DNA of 27,900 nt, from the IMG/VR virus record IMGVR_UViG_3300030202_000575, positions 1 through 27,900 of that record; one strand, given 5' to 3'. The notes beneath the pieces are model-generated. The model saw only the letters and a list, made by a program, of their open reading frames with translations, had not been told where the DNA came from and ran no database searches. Below, piece after piece: positions 17,789 to 27,420 of the stretch; position 1 is the stretch's first letter; each line of letters opens with the position of its first letter. Both the position numbers and the translations under genes were made by a program. This stretch comes from a virus. Its lineage: Duplodnaviria; Caudoviricetes.

Positions 17789-18784
17789 ATGGCAAATGCA
17801 GCCCCAGTAAGCGTTGGTCGAGTCAACGCAGCAGGTTCAGAAGATGCCCTGTTTCTCAAAATCTTCAGCGGAGAAGTTCTTACATCGTTTGAACAATCCA
17901 CAGTAACAGCGGGAGCGGAAATGGTTCGTTCTATCGCTAATGGTAAGTCAGCGACTTTCCCAGTAATGGGTAGAATCGATGCGTCTTACCATACTCCTGG
18001 AACTGAAATTACAGGTAGTGATGTAAACCATAACGAGAAGACGATTACAATTAACGACTTGCTAGTATCTAGCGTATTCCTATCAAATTTGGAAGAAGCT
18101 AAGAATCACTGGGATGTACGTTCTGCGTATTCGACTGAAATCGGTAGGGCTCTTGCTTTCCAAAAGGACAAGCACGTTCTGCAAACTATCGGTCAAGCAG
18201 CTCAAGGTTCTGCTAACGTAGCTGACACTAGCTATGCGTCTGGTACAGTTCTAACGAACACTGGTATCGCATCTGGTACAGCAGCGACAGCGGCCAACGC
18301 AATGATTGATTCATTGTTTGATGCGGCGAAAGCACTTGATGAAAACTATGTTCCTAAAGAAGGACGAAAAGCTTTCATCAAACTAGAAGAATACTACAAA
18401 ATGGCTAATGCAACTAATGCAGTCAACGTAGACTTCTCTGGTGGTGCTAACGGTGGTGTAGCTGACGGTAAAGTTATGAAAGTGGCAGGAATCGAATTGA
18501 TTCCAACTGCTCACTTTGGTGACATTGCGGCTGACCTTTCGTCTAACACAGGCGTTCCGGGCGGTTCTGCTACTCAAGGCGGTTCTAATCCACAACAAGT
18601 AAACCTTGCTAACTATGTGGCACTTGTCTGTCACCCTAGTGCAGCAGGTACTGTTAAGCTAATGGACTTGTCTTCCGAAATGGAATACGACATTAGACGT
18701 CAAGGTACATTGATGGTTGCGAAATACGCAATGGGTCATGGCGTTCTAAGACCAGAAGCAGCAGTAGGCATTAAAGAAGCCTAA
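17789..18784 (+). CDS. Major capsid protein (T7 gp10-like)
   Basis: ALFLKIFSGEVLTSF, GKSATFPVMGR, ITINDLL, DVRSAYS, AKYAMGHGVLRPE. AAGGAG SD. Confidence 0.98.
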   Translation: MANAAPVSVGRVNAAGSEDALFLKIFSGEVLTSFEQSTVTAGAEMVRSIANGKSATFPVMGRIDASYHTPGTEITGSDVNHNEKTITINDLLVSSVFLSNLEEAKNHWDVRSAYSTEIGRALAFQKDKHVLQTIGQAAQGSANVADTSYASGTVLTNTGIASGTAATAANAMIDSLFDAAKALDENYVPKEGRKAFIKLEEYYKMANATNAVNVDFSGGANGGVADGKVMKVAGIELIPTAHFGDIAADLSSNTGVPGGSATQGGSNPQQVNLANYVALVCHPSAAGTVKLMDLSSEMEYDIRRQGTLMVAKYAMGHGVLRPEAAVGIKEA

Positions 18785-18800
18785 TTGTTAATAATAAACC

Positions 18801-18842
18801 AAGGAAAGGTGGGGAGTAAAATCCCTGCCTTTTCTTTTTTTT
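18801..18842 (+). terminator. Intrinsic terminator after the capsid gene (T-phi-like)
   Basis: GAAAGGTGGGGA-GTAAAA-TCCCTGCCTTTT followed by C and an 8-T run. Confidence 0.85.
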
Positions 18843-18853
18843 AGAGGGAAACC

Positions 18854-19465
18854 ATGACAACACAAATTACAGCTACGACAGAACTACAGGCGATAAACAC
18901 CATGCTGTCATTTATTGGTGAAGCCCCAGTATCTACAATATCATCAACCACTGGTGTTGGTTCAGATGTCGCTATTGCAAAGAATATACTTGATGAAACT
19001 TCTATGTCTGTACAATCACAAGGTTGGCATTTTAATACAGAGAATGAAGTCACACTACAAAGAGATAGTAACAATAAAGTTGTACTACCTATTAACTGCG
19101 TACATTTAGAAGTCGCAGCTCCATACCAAGCAACCTACGCATACACAATGCGAGGTGGCTATCTATACGATTTGAAAAACCACACTGATGTATTCACTTA
19201 TAATCCAGTTGTTGATTATGTTTTGGTACAACAGTTTGAAGACCTTCCCCAATACGCTAGGCACTACATCTCAGTTAAATCTGCTAGACGTTTCTGTGCC
19301 AGATATATGGGCTCACTAGAACTTAACAAGCTTGCATTACAAGATGAAGAAGAAGCACACATTACCTTTGAGCAAGCTGATGCAAGAGCGGGTGATTACA
19401 ATGTTCTTACTGGCAACTACAGCCAATACTACATTGTGAACCGAACTAGAACTCAAGTAATTTAA
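18854..19465 (+). CDS. Tail tubular protein A (T7 gp11-like)
   Basis: TELQAINTMLSFIGEAPV, VQSQGWHFNTE, FEDLP..AR.YI...AR.F. Confidence 0.95.
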   Translation: MTTQITATTELQAINTMLSFIGEAPVSTISSTTGVGSDVAIAKNILDETSMSVQSQGWHFNTENEVTLQRDSNNKVVLPINCVHLEVAAPYQATYAYTMRGGYLYDLKNHTDVFTYNPVVDYVLVQQFEDLPQYARHYISVKSARRFCARYMGSLELNKLALQDEEEAHITFEQADARAGDYNVLTGNYSQYYIVNRTRTQVI

Positions 19466-19474
19466 GGAAAATAA

Positions 19475-21973
19475 ATGGCAACTAGGCTTACATCACAATC
19501 AATACCAAATCTTATAAATGGTATTAGTGAACAGAACCCCGTTCAGCGTAACCCTGCCCAAGCACAGACACAAATAAACTTTCAGTCAAACATTGTGGAA
19601 GGGTTGAGTAAACGCCCATCTCTACACCACATTGCTAACGTCCTGTCTAGCACTGCCTTCCCTAACAATTCTGCGGTACATTGGATTAACCGTGACTCTG
19701 ATGACCAGTATGTTGCTATCTTTACTAACGGTGCTACGCCAAAAGTTTTTGATTTGGCAGGTAACCAAAAGACTGTAAACACACCTAACGGTACAAGTTA
19801 TCTCAACACAACAAACCCAATGAACAATTTGAAGTTTGTTAATATTGCTGATTATACTTTTGTCGCTAACACTGAAACAACTATTCTAGAAGACACTGCA
19901 ACAACCGCAGCTAAAGTAGAAGAGTTTTTAGTCTACTGTAAAAGTTCAAATTATGGTCGTGAGTATTCTGTAAAATTAACACACCAAGATTGGTCATATG
20001 GTTATGAAGTACAATTTCAAATGCCTACAGGCAATGACTCTAGCACTGATAGTGAATTTAGAGATACGAACAAAATCATTGATATTCTTTTATATGGAAC
20101 ATCTTCTTCCGATTGGTCTAGTTCTGCCGATGGTATTGGCTTCAGAACAATAAGAAGTGACACTGGCGGTACTGTTAGTACAACACAAGGCTTGGCTAAT
20201 TACTCTGCAATTACTTCTAAATTTACATTTACTAAATATGAGAACGTAGCCTACGGCAGACTTAATAATCAAAGCAAAACATATACGGTAACAACTACCG
20301 ATGGTTTTGGTAACCAAGCAATGTACGCTATTAAAGATGAAATCCAAGATTTCTCTGATTTACCTTACTACGCTAAAGTAGATATGATTATCAAAATTAC
20401 TGGTGAAGAAGGTGAAACGCTTGGTGATTATTATGTTAAGCACAAAGCAGGTGGTATCTGGTCAGAAACTGTAGCACCCGATGTTAAACTTGGTGTTAAC
20501 AACGCTACAATGCCTCACGCTCTTATTAATAATAACAACGGAACATTTACATTTCAGCAAGTTGATTGGACTGACCGTGTAGCAGGTGACAATGATACTA
20601 ACCCTGCACCATCGTTTGTAAATAAAAAAGCTACAAACCTTACGTTCTTTCAAAACAGGCTTGGCATTCTTGCAGACCAAAGTTTGGTACTGACAGAAAA
20701 TGCCCAGTTCTTTAATTTCTTTATCACAACTGGTACAGATGTTTTAGATACAGACCCAATTGATATTGCTGCATCTGGTACAACTGTTAACAAACTATAT
20801 AACTCAATTGACTTTAACGAACAGCTATTGTTGTTCTCACAAGAATCACAGTATGTGCTAGAATCTTCTGGTGATGCAGTATCACCTACAACAGCCGTAC
20901 TAACTAAGACTTCATCTTTTAGTCACGATACAGATGTCAAACCCGCTGATGCAGGTAGGTTTGTTTATTTTGCACAAAACAGAAACGACAAAACATCTAT
21001 TATCGAATACTTTGCTGATGACGATAGCTTAGTTAATGATGGCATGAACTTAACGGTAGGTGTCAGTACGCTAATTCCTACAGGAATGCATAAGCTAGTT
21101 AGCAATGATGTTGAAGATACGCTAATTGCATTAGTACATGATACCTTTGATTCAAGCACAACTGAATACACACCTAGCAGTGCAGTTAATCCTAATTATG
21201 CTAGTAAGATGTATATCTATAAATACTTTTGGGATTCCGATAAAAAAGCACAGTCATCATGGTCAGTGTGGGATTTCCCTAACATACAAATTTTATCAGC
21301 GGAAAAATACGATAGTTATGTCTATGTATTATACAACGAAAACACTAATACAAAATTAGGCCGTATTGATTTGCGTAACCCAGACTATAGCGGGCTTGCG
21401 TTCCCTGTACACTTGGATATGTTGACGGCTGTTACAGGCGTGTACAATGCAAGCACAGACCAAACAACGTACACTTTACCGTACAACACAACGCAGACAA
21501 TCAAAGTTGTTAGAGCATCTAACGGCTCAGATTTGCCTGTCGTAAGTCAAGTTGGTACAACTGTTATTGTTGCAGGAAATCATACGTCTGCCCTATTAGG
21601 AGTAGCGTATACTTCTACTTATCAGTTTAGTACGCAGTACATTCGTAAAGGTGGTGAAAGCACTGCATCCGTAGTTAGTGGACGTTATCAGATTAGAACA
21701 ATGAAACTTGCTTATGAAAATTCTGGTTTCTTTAAAGTGACAGTCGCAGCAAACAACAAGCCGTCATATGATTATACAATGACAGGTAATGTTGTCGGTG
21801 GCTCACAGACTTTGATTGGTCAACCCAACATTGATAGTGGTGTGTTTAGTGTTCCTATTCAATCAGAGAACACAAAGTATACAGCTACAATAACATCAAC
21901 AAGTCACCTGCCGTGTCATTTCATATCGGCAGAAATAGAGGGTTATTATAAGAACAGAGCAACATCAATATAA
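19475..21973 (+). CDS. Tail tubular protein B / nozzle (T7 gp12-like)
   Basis: SQSIPNLINGISEQ, EGLSKRP, TMPHALI, RVAGDNDTNPAPSF, FFQNRLG, DTDPID, QSSWS.W. Confidence 0.95.
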   Translation: MATRLTSQSIPNLINGISEQNPVQRNPAQAQTQINFQSNIVEGLSKRPSLHHIANVLSSTAFPNNSAVHWINRDSDDQYVAIFTNGATPKVFDLAGNQKTVNTPNGTSYLNTTNPMNNLKFVNIADYTFVANTETTILEDTATTAAKVEEFLVYCKSSNYGREYSVKLTHQDWSYGYEVQFQMPTGNDSSTDSEFRDTNKIIDILLYGTSSSDWSSSADGIGFRTIRSDTGGTVSTTQGLANYSAITSKFTFTKYENVAYGRLNNQSKTYTVTTTDGFGNQAMYAIKDEIQDFSDLPYYAKVDMIIKITGEEGETLGDYYVKHKAGGIWSETVAPDVKLGVNNATMPHALINNNNGTFTFQQVDWTDRVAGDNDTNPAPSFVNKKATNLTFFQNRLGILADQSLVLTENAQFFNFFITTGTDVLDTDPIDIAASGTTVNKLYNSIDFNEQLLLFSQESQYVLESSGDAVSPTTAVLTKTSSFSHDTDVKPADAGRFVYFAQNRNDKTSIIEYFADDDSLVNDGMNLTVGVSTLIPTGMHKLVSNDVEDTLIALVHDTFDSSTTEYTPSSAVNPNYASKMYIYKYFWDSDKKAQSSWSVWDFPNIQILSAEKYDSYVYVLYNENTNTKLGRIDLRNPDYSGLAFPVHLDMLTAVTGVYNASTDQTTYTLPYNTTQTIKVVRASNGSDLPVVSQVGTTVIVAGNHTSALLGVAYTSTYQFSTQYIRKGGESTASVVSGRYQIRTMKLAYENSGFFKVTVAANNKPSYDYTMTGNVVGGSQTLIGQPNIDSGVFSVPIQSENTKYTATITSTSHLPCHFISAEIEGYYKNRATSI

Positions 21974-22437
21974 TGGGATATGTAAGAAAAGGTGTTTTGA
22001 CTGATGTCCAGGATTTGCACCATAAAATAAAACAAAGCGACTTAGACGAAATTAGAGCGTCAGATAATGTAGATGCTTTTCAAGCTTTGGTATTACCGTT
22101 TACAAAACCAAACTCTGACATTTACACAATGATAAGTGATGATGAAGAAATCATTGGGATGTTTGGTGTGGTTGCTAGTGATGCCCCTAACTGGGGTGTA
22201 GCGTGGATGTTAACTAGCGAAAAGCTTTTTGATGAAATGCACAAGCCACAATTTATAAAGTTGTGCCGTAAGTGGGTCAAAGAATTAAATAAAGATTATG
22301 AGTTTATCTTTAATTGGATAGACGTAAGGAATTACAAATCTGTCAAATGGTTGGAGTTCTGTGGTTTTGAAATCATGGAGACAAGAAACTATGGATATGC
22401 AGATTTGCCATTCCATTTACTAATGAGGAGAAGATAG
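21973..22437 (+). CDS. gp13-like protein with GNAT acyltransferase features
   Basis: DLDEIRA, IIGMFGV, and NWIDVRNYKSVKWLEFCGF, which matches the GNAT N..S...L...GF motif. Occupies the gp13 position. Confidence 0.8.
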   Translation: MGYVRKGVLTDVQDLHHKIKQSDLDEIRASDNVDAFQALVLPFTKPNSDIYTMISDDEEIIGMFGVVASDAPNWGVAWMLTSEKLFDEMHKPQFIKLCRKWVKELNKDYEFIFNWIDVRNYKSVKWLEFCGFEIMETRNYGYADLPFHLLMRRR

Positions 22438-22438
22438 T

Positions 22439-22924
22439 ATGTGTACACCCGAAGCCCAATTGGGTTTATCAGTTGTCTCTAAAGTTGCAGAGTTCCAAGG
22501 GCAAAAGCAAAAAGCTAGGCAACAAGAAGCTGTTAACGCAGCCAATAGAGGTCGGGCAACACGGGGATACCTTACAGATATTAATGCAATTGACCAAAAC
22601 CAACAGGCCAAAGCAGAAGACAAAGTAAGAGCAGATTTAAAATTAAGAAAAGAACGTAGAGCTGCGGTAGCTAAGATGTTGAATCTTGGTGCAGGTAATG
22701 CAGGTGCAATCATACGAGATATTAACACAGACGCAAACCTAGATTTCAATCAGAACCAAGCAAGTTTTGATTCAGACCTAGCGTCACTAGACCGTAAACG
22801 TATGGAAGCATACGGTGCTATGGAAAGTGTTTGGTATAGCCAACCTATTCCGCAGAAGCCTAGCATGATGGGATTAGCGATTGATACAGCGTCTGCATAC
22901 ACAGACTACAAAGTAAACACATAA
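22439..22924 (+). CDS. Internal virion/ejection protein (gp14-like), starts MCTPE
   Basis: Hydrophobic N-terminus, Gln/Ala-rich coiled coil and C-terminal KPSMMGLAI. Synteny with T7 gp14. Confidence 0.8.
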   Translation: MCTPEAQLGLSVVSKVAEFQGQKQKARQQEAVNAANRGRATRGYLTDINAIDQNQQAKAEDKVRADLKLRKERRAAVAKMLNLGAGNAGAIIRDINTDANLDFNQNQASFDSDLASLDRKRMEAYGAMESVWYSQPIPQKPSMMGLAIDTASAYTDYKVNT

Positions 22925-22933
22925 GGAGATACG

Positions 22934-25291
22934 ATGGCTGACAATGAGTACAGTGGGGGAACAACCTACAGAGGCGGTACAGATAGAGTGTATTACCAAT
23001 CAACTGTCGCTACGAATCTAAGAGCCCCTAAGTCAAACGAGTTGTTGCAAATTGCTGATTCAATGCGTGGCTTCAATAAAAGTTTTGATAAATATGTAGA
23101 TAAAAATCTAAAAGATATACGAGATGAAGCACAAGTTGCTTTGGATGTATTAAAGAACGAGGGCATTACTGACCCCGAAGAAATTAAAAAGTTGATGGCT
23201 AAGAATGACCCTAGAACAGTGGCATTGCAAGATAAGTATGCAGAAAATGTTCTTAACCTTAACTTTGGTATGGCTCATGCATTGCAGGATATTGAAACAC
23301 TAAATCAGACTGCTCCAAATGATATGGAAACGGCTGACCTTGATGCATGGTATGGCACAGTTGAGCGAAGTTTTGATGGTAGAGGTGAATCATACAAGCG
23401 TGGTTATGTTTCTGTCATGGGCGAAGCTAAGACTGCTTGGCAAGGTGTACAATTAAAAGCACAAGAAGAAGGTAAAATTAGAGCATTAGAAAACACTGTC
23501 TATACAAAATTCCAACAAGCATTTTCGGCTGACCCATCCGCACCTATCGTTGACATTATTGCTAACGTAGAGGCTGTATGGCGTGATGAAGTTGGCAAGA
23601 TGAAAGATTACTCATCTGTATCGGGCAAAGAAAATCCTATCAATCCAAATGCAGCCAATAGTATTTTGCTTAATATGTTAGAGCAAGCTGTTGTAACATC
23701 TGATGGCAATCCTAAAACATTAAAAGCTGTTGAACAGTATCTTAATCACAAACGTGGTGCTAAGAATGAACTGCCATCATTCCTCAACACTGCAAGCACG
23801 GCTGATAAATCTGCAAGTATTCTTAAACAAATTAGAGCGATTGCAAAAGGCAGTGTTGTTGATTTAGCACCTGCATCAGCATTGCTTAACGGCAACGCAA
23901 GGTCAGCTAACTTATCTAAGAAAGACCTTAGAAGCGGTGTAGCTATTATTACAAATGATTTAGTTACAAAGAAATTGGCAGAACTTAATGACTTAGAAAA
24001 TCCCGCTAACAAAGGTGTAACTTATAGTGAGGAACAAAAGACTGTTATTGCTACTGAATACGCTGAAAGTGTATTAATGGATTTAGCCAGAAAGAATGGT
24101 GTCGTTATTCCACAAATGGAAGACATACTTCTTAATGGTATCTCTGCTCCAAACAACGATGAAATCTACGATGCTGATGGCATGGATAGAGTTACATTGG
24201 GATACAAGCTTTGGAAAAAGATGAATCAAAAAGGAATAGTTAATAACCCTGCGGCTGATTATTTGACTGATAATCAAGAAGCATATTACAAATCTATCGA
24301 CTTGCTTATGCAAACTGGTGAGAATGATTTGTCTACCGCAGCAGTCAAAGCTTGGAAAGCACAACAGCTTGGTAACAACTATTGGAAAGAAGTTGTCTCG
24401 CTAACAGAGTTCAATGACATTCTTACAGATTTTGATATTGAAGGTGGTAACCTTAGTGGTGTTGCTAAAGTAAACGCTAGAGGTTTGTTGCAAATGTATC
24501 TTAACTCTGGCCTAAGTGTAGACCAAGCAACAGATGCCACACAAGAACATCTTGAATCAACATATGTTGTTATCAATGACCAAGTGTGGAACAAGCGTAA
24601 GTTTCCAATGGCAAGCACAGACTTGGCAAATCTAGAAACTAAAAGTGCAATGCTTGCTATTAATGTAGCTAAACAGTTTCCACAATACGATGCTGATGAC
24701 TTGACACTTGTGCCTTATCTAGATGGTACGTTTGTCATGGTTGACAGCCTTGGTAAGCCTATCCTGGATTTGGTTGAAGTTGTAAACCCTGCGGGTAAAA
24801 CAGTTAAAACCAGAATGACATGGACACATGAAGAAGTGTTTGGAACAGGTGAAGGCACTATTGCAGGACGTATGGTAGATGAAGGCTTAGAAAATCTAGT
24901 TGCTAAATCATACAAAAATAAAATCTCTATGCTTGAAGCAATTGCATTTGACAAAACAGAAACAGTTAAAACTGATAGCGTAGATAACTCAAAACCAGTT
25001 AGCGTATCAACATCAATGAACACAGTAAACGAAGCGTTTCCAGAAAAGATTGGTGATAACGATATGACCGTTGAAAGATTGCAGTATATGCATTCGTTGC
25101 CTAACGGGTCTAAAGCTATTGAAGTAAAACCAATCAACGATGAAGAAGGCAAACCAACAGGACAATACTTGGTCGTGTACATTTTAAAAGGAATGAAAGA
25201 CGATGATGGCGAGTTTACTAAAATGTATGTCCGAATGAATAGACAACCCGTTGAACATATGGATGACGGACTTACACAAGGAGAAAATTAA
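22934..25291 (+). CDS. Internal virion/ejection protein (gp15-like)
   Basis: 785-aa helical protein after gp14, AAGGAG SD. Assigned on size and synteny only. Confidence 0.7.
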   Translation: MADNEYSGGTTYRGGTDRVYYQSTVATNLRAPKSNELLQIADSMRGFNKSFDKYVDKNLKDIRDEAQVALDVLKNEGITDPEEIKKLMAKNDPRTVALQDKYAENVLNLNFGMAHALQDIETLNQTAPNDMETADLDAWYGTVERSFDGRGESYKRGYVSVMGEAKTAWQGVQLKAQEEGKIRALENTVYTKFQQAFSADPSAPIVDIIANVEAVWRDEVGKMKDYSSVSGKENPINPNAANSILLNMLEQAVVTSDGNPKTLKAVEQYLNHKRGAKNELPSFLNTASTADKSASILKQIRAIAKGSVVDLAPASALLNGNARSANLSKKDLRSGVAIITNDLVTKKLAELNDLENPANKGVTYSEEQKTVIATEYAESVLMDLARKNGVVIPQMEDILLNGISAPNNDEIYDADGMDRVTLGYKLWKKMNQKGIVNNPAADYLTDNQEAYYKSIDLLMQTGENDLSTAAVKAWKAQQLGNNYWKEVVSLTEFNDILTDFDIEGGNLSGVAKVNARGLLQMYLNSGLSVDQATDATQEHLESTYVVINDQVWNKRKFPMASTDLANLETKSAMLAINVAKQFPQYDADDLTLVPYLDGTFVMVDSLGKPILDLVEVVNPAGKTVKTRMTWTHEEVFGTGEGTIAGRMVDEGLENLVAKSYKNKISMLEAIAFDKTETVKTDSVDNSKPVSVSTSMNTVNEAFPEKIGDNDMTVERLQYMHSLPNGSKAIEVKPINDEEGKPTGQYLVVYILKGMKDDDGEFTKMYVRMNRQPVEHMDDGLTQGEN

Positions 25292-27420
25292 TGCCACTAT
25301 CAAATGAATTTCTAGAAGAGTACATGGAGATACTTGCCGAAGACGAAGGCACAAGAGGACGTAAAGTAGCCCTAGAAGGTGGCGGTGGTACTAGAGGTTA
25401 CGGCATTACAACTATCCCCGATGAACTAAAAGAATACGCTAAAACTGCATCTGATGAAGATTTGGCAAGAAAGCTAGTTGGATGGCATTACGATAAAGTT
25501 GTTGGCAAGATTGGTCAAAGCACATGGGATAATATGCCAAACTCTATGAAGATTATTACTGTTGACCAACATTACAATTCGGGCACACTTTATAACGGTT
25601 TTAAAACAGATATTATTAACGGTGACTATGCAGGTGCGTTGAAGAACACACTTGATATTATATCTGCTAATGACCCACAAACAGGTGGTAAAGGTGTTAT
25701 GAACGGCCTAGTTGGTCGTAGAGTACGAAACTATAACAGAGCAGCCGTTGAACTTGGCCTGTCTGTCATTAATCAATACAACATTGGTAGTACAGAAACA
25801 GGAACACAAGTTGCATATAATTATAATGATGGCAGTAACTTTAATGTTAACACAAAAAGTGGCATTCACTCAGCTTCTGCTAGTGGGGATTTTTCAGTAG
25901 ATGCCCCATTAAAAAAAAATCAGATAACCACTGATGATACAGAAGATACAAATCTATTTGACACCATTACTGATGTTGCGGGTACAGTTGCCGATAACGT
26001 AACTGACCTTGCAGGTGATGCTTACGACACTGTCTCAGACTTTGCGGGTGATGTTGTAGATACTGTATCGGGTGTGTTGTCCACTTCTGATACAACACCA
26101 GATGGTGGCGTAGATACGTCAAGACTAGACAACGAACTAAAACGTGAAGCACTGACGCTTGGCACAGAACCGATTGTCGAGCCTATTGAAGAAGGTGGTG
26201 CAATCACTACAGAAGATTTTCCTACAATAACACCAATGCAAGAAAACCCTTACATTGACCCTAGTGTAATGGTTGCTCCTAAAGAAAAAGTTGAGCCTGT
26301 TGTATTAACACCAAAAGACGCAACAGAAAATAAATACAAAAACAGTAGCCTTGAAGAAATTCTTGGTGACATAGATTCATTAAAAGATAAAGTCTCTACA
26401 ATAGAAGACACACAAAATTCACCAATGGTGTTTAGTCAGCCACATTGGGGGCGTTCTAAAGTACAGCCCATTTTATCAGATAAACAATTAGAAAAGATTG
26501 AAGCTGATGCAGACGCATTAAAAGAACAGCTTGCTGCGACTACTGACTTTTTCGGTATTACAAACAAAAGTGTAATTGGAGCGGGTGCAGAGCATTTGTG
26601 GGTAGGTAAAGCTATCTTTGATGCAGCCAATAAACAAGAGTTTCAACCAGACCCAGACTTTGTTCTTAAAGAATTAGATGTTGAACTACTTCAAAGCATA
26701 CAAAAAGAATATGGCATCAATGACCTTGAGCCACTAGGTGAAGCGGTGTCTTTGGCACATATGCATTCAATTGCATTGCAAATTCAAGAAGAAGAAGCAC
26801 TGCTAAAGACCATCATGGCAGAAGGTACGGTTCCTGGAATTATTGCTATGCTTGGTGTTAGTGTATTTGACCCTGTTGCTTTAGGTGTTACAGTTGCTAC
26901 TGAAGGAGCCGCAGCCCCATATATTTATGGTGCTAAAGTTACAAGGCTTGGTCGAATGCTTAGAGCTGCAACACTTACAGGCACAACTAACGCAGCCCTA
27001 GAAGCAATGTTGGTAAGTCAAAACGAAACTATGGACGTTGAAGATATTTACTATGCGGCCATACTAGGTGCAGGGCTTGGTGGTTTCTTTGCAAGCTTGC
27101 GTAAAGGTGGCAAGACGGTAACTCCGGGCGGAACAGATGAAGCATATCTTAAAGCTTTGGATGACCTAGATAAAGAAGTAACAAAAGATATTGTTGCAGA
27201 AGAAGGTCTAAACCTAACGGCTAAAGGCCAAAAGACATTTAACACAGATGCTAATGCTCAAGTCAAAGCACAAATGGATTTGTTTGATGATGAGCCCGTT
27301 GATACTTTTCAAGGTACAATTAGAAGTGACGGGCACACGGAACACAAAGTGCGTGACGGTGAGGAATACATCGTAGTGAAAAATGAAGATGGAAGTAACG
27401 AAGTAAGGAAATGTAAATGA
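25291..27420 (+). CDS. Internal virion protein with N-terminal lysozyme-like domain (gp16 N-terminal-like)
   Basis: ILAEDEG...TRGYGI...WDNMP...VDQHYNSG...GLVGRR resembles GH24/T4-type muramidase. An acidic linker and Gly/Ala-rich hydrophobic segments follow. Confidence 0.75.
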   Translation: MPLSNEFLEEYMEILAEDEGTRGRKVALEGGGGTRGYGITTIPDELKEYAKTASDEDLARKLVGWHYDKVVGKIGQSTWDNMPNSMKIITVDQHYNSGTLYNGFKTDIINGDYAGALKNTLDIISANDPQTGGKGVMNGLVGRRVRNYNRAAVELGLSVINQYNIGSTETGTQVAYNYNDGSNFNVNTKSGIHSASASGDFSVDAPLKKNQITTDDTEDTNLFDTITDVAGTVADNVTDLAGDAYDTVSDFAGDVVDTVSGVLSTSDTTPDGGVDTSRLDNELKREALTLGTEPIVEPIEEGGAITTEDFPTITPMQENPYIDPSVMVAPKEKVEPVVLTPKDATENKYKNSSLEEILGDIDSLKDKVSTIEDTQNSPMVFSQPHWGRSKVQPILSDKQLEKIEADADALKEQLAATTDFFGITNKSVIGAGAEHLWVGKAIFDAANKQEFQPDPDFVLKELDVELLQSIQKEYGINDLEPLGEAVSLAHMHSIALQIQEEEALLKTIMAEGTVPGIIAMLGVSVFDPVALGVTVATEGAAAPYIYGAKVTRLGRMLRAATLTGTTNAALEAMLVSQNETMDVEDIYYAAILGAGLGGFFASLRKGGKTVTPGGTDEAYLKALDDLDKEVTKDIVAEEGLNLTAKGQKTFNTDANAQVKAQMDLFDDEPVDTFQGTIRSDGHTEHKVRDGEEYIVVKNEDGSNEVRKCK
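25957..26079 (+). repeat. Degenerate 33-nt (11-aa) tandem repeat, about 3.7 copies
   Basis: FDTITDVAGTV / ADNVTDLAGDA / YDTVSDFAGDV / VDTVSGVL. Confidence 0.75.

Noticed and set aside
18760-18853. T7 10B-type capsid frameshift extension
   Set aside because: No slippery sequence is evident before the stop, and a terminator follows almost at once.
24715-25182. 155-aa minus-strand ORF
   Set aside because: Antisense to gp15, as with the other nested minus-strand ORFs. No independent evidence.
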